From assembly GCA_038087875.1 (NCBI GenBank), contig CM075995.1:5892001-5956000 (forward strand): a stretch of 64,000 nucleotides of DNA, read 5' to 3'. A program made the translations under genes and the position numbers. The DNA comes from Malacoraja senta. Lineage: Eukaryota. Below, in pieces: positions 61,609 through 64,000 of this stretch (positions within the stretch are counted from its first letter, which is position 1; every line of letters begins with the position of its first letter). The notes beneath the pieces were generated by a model, which ran no database searches, was not told the DNA's origin, and worked only from the letters and a program-made list of their open reading frames with translations.

Positions 61609-62745
61609 AAGATTCAAGATTCAAGAGAGTTTATTGTCATGTGTCCCTGATAGGACAATGAAATTCTTGCTTTGCTTCAGCACAACAGAACATAGTAGGC
61701 ATTGACTACAAAACAGATCAGTGTGTCCATATACCATTATATACGTATATACACACATGAATAAATAAACTGATAAAGTGAAAATAACAGATAATGGGCT
61801 ATTAATGTTCAGAGTTTTGTCCGAGCCAAGTTTAATAGCCTGATGGCTGTGGGGAAGTAGCTATTCCTGAACCTAGTCGTTGCAGTCTTCAGGCTCCTGT
61901 ACCTTCTAAAGTCGGCCTCTGTGACTGAGACTGAAATACCATCACAGCGAATGGGGGCTCGGGAAGGCACATCAAAGCGTGCGTAAAACGCATTGAGCTC
62001 ATCAGGGAGTGATGTTTCACCGACATTCGAGCTGCCTCCTGGTTTCGCCTTGTAGGAGGTGATTGCATTCAGGTCCCGCCACAGCTGCCGAGCATCTGTC
62101 TCATCCTCCAGTTTGGAGCAGAAGTCCCTTTTGGCCTTTTTGATGGCCTTACCAAGGTCATATCTGGACTTCTTGTAGACCACTGTATCATCAGACATGA
62201 ATGCCCGGTGTCTGGTCTTCAGAAAGGTGCAGATCTCAAAGTTCATCCAAGGTTTCTGATTGGGAAACACTCGGAAGGTTTTTGTGGGGATGCAGTCCTC
62301 CACACATTTCTTAATGAAGTCTGTAACGACTGTGGCGTATTCGTTCAAGTTCGTTGCCGAGTCCTTGAACATTGCCCAGTCTACAGCAAACAGTCCTGGA
62401 GTTGTTCCTCTGCCCCCCCCCCCCCCCCACCCCCGACCAGCTCTGTACTGTCCTCACCTCTGGGGGTGCGCTCTTTAATTGCTGCCTGTAGGCAGGAAGA
62501 AGCAGCACCGCGGTATGGTCGGATTTACCGAAGTGAGGGCGAGGGATAGAGCGATAGGCATTCTTGATGGTGGTGTAGCATTGGTAGAGGGTGTTTGGTC
62601 CTCTGGTGCAGCAGGAGACATGTTGATGGAAGTTAGGGAGTGATTTCTTTAGGTTTGCCTTATTGAAGTCCCCAGCAATGGTGGTAAATGCCTCAGGGTA
62701 AGACGTCTGGTGTTTGTTGACCACTGCGTGCAGCTCCTCCAGTGC
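61609..62745 (-). mobile_element. Rex1/Babar LINE with its RT deleted
   Basis: APE (AGDFNKANL, FGKSDH) and linker (FPNQKPWM, LPDELNAFYARFD) joined to the C-terminal RRYRSLKTATTRFRNSYFP. Ends in an (ATCTTGA)n tail. Confidence 0.85.
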
Positions 62746-62944
62746 CCTGATGAAGGAACTTTAATCTGAAACATTAGTTGTTTCTCTTCCCACAGATGCA
62801 GCTTGACCTGCTGAATGTTTCCAGCATCTGCGTTATTTTTAAAGTTACATTTGGAAACATTACCAATCAAAGGAAAGAAAACTTGCATTCTATATGAACA
62901 TTCACCTCAGGACATCACATAGATATCCATAGCTTATGAAAACA

Positions 62945-63095
62945 AATTAGTTTAGTTTAGTTTTTTAGTTTAGAGATACAGCCTGGAAACAGGCCCTTAG
63001 GCCTACCATGCCGACTAGCGATCCCTGCACACCAAAACTATCTTACACACTAGGGACAATTTACAATTTTACCCAGCCAATTAACCGACAAACCT
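62945..63095 (-). mobile_element. HE1/V-SINE-like 3' fragment with a CR1-type (CTAAA)n tail
   Basis: Plus strand TAGTTTAGTT...AGATACAGC-TGGAAACAGGCCC...CACACTAGGGACAATTTAC. Confidence 0.55.
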
Positions 63096-64000
63096 GAGAT
63101 AGACACAAAATGTGAGACAGGCAGCATCTCTAGAGAAGGAATGGGTGACCCTTCTTCAGTCTGCAAAAATGAAACACGGTTTACTTCTAAGGTTTTGATA
63201 TTCCCAAAGGTTTATTCTTAGGCCAACTGAAATTATACTTTTATCACTTGTCCTCCCCAACCCCTTTCCAACTACACAGTCGTCTGTGTCCACTTTCTCT
63301 CCTATTTTAGTTATACAATGCACTTTCAAAATTTTAACGGTGTTGCTTTACATCACAATTGTGATCTTTCATCACAATTTTTTCTGTCAAGTACCAATCA
63401 GGTCAAACATATCCTTACCTCTTCCTTTGGTACCCTGATGCAAACAAGATTCTAAAGCAGACCATTAAAGTGACTCGTCAGCATGTGTGGAGGGTGAAAC
63501 ACTTAATATTTCAAATAAGTGTGTTTTGTCACGCTTGTATTGTGCTTCATTAGACCAACGTGGGAGTCCATGGATAGAGGTGACACTTGTCGTGGAACAG
63601 AAAATCAAAGTATCCAGTATCTGTGGTTCCAGGACACTCAATTTAAAGGCATAAAGCTCATCTTTTTATACACAGTGTGACTGTCTTCTGACCTTAGCAT
63701 CAAGCTTAATAAGGATACAACAGATTGTAACCATTTACGCACCTTGTGGATCCACCTTTTTCTTTATGCCTCATTATCAGGTCGATTTGCCTGACTTCAG
63801 AGATTTTGATATTCCAGTCCTCATAGACTTTGTTCTTTACCTGAACTATTTGCTGGCTCTGCAAACGCTTTAAAGTTGCCTTTCACTTTCATCTTCCTGG
63901 AGCAAGGTCATCAACCTGAAATAGCCAACTAAATTCTTCTCTCAGCAGATATTGTTTGATCGTCCAAGTATTTTTAGCACTTTTAATTTATCCATAGTCA

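Overview
A 64-kb eukaryotic window made almost entirely of transposable elements. I found no convincing host protein-coding gene, rRNA, tRNA or CRISPR array. The repeat mix (many CR1 LINEs, Rex1/Babar LINEs, an HE1/V-SINE-like element, Penelope-like termini) suggests a cartilaginous fish such as a skate or ray; this is inference. Main contents: two decayed Gypsy LTR retrotransposons, each with nested LINEs; one near-full-length CR1 with an open esterase-type ORF1; an IR-DR Tc1 transposon; a Harbinger-like MITE; a DIRS1-like element cut off inside its tyrosine recombinase by a ~7.4-kb 18-bp satellite (GGATATGGCGACATTCCC); a young, internally deleted endogenous retrovirus with near-identical LTRs and a 4-bp TSD inserted in that satellite; a 5-kb composite non-autonomous Helitron carrying tail-less CR1 fragments; and a group of GC-rich non-coding retroposons that share a body hairpin but end in different LINE-type tails. 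Coordinates were counted by hand and may be off by a few bases. Family names come from motif recognition, not database searches.
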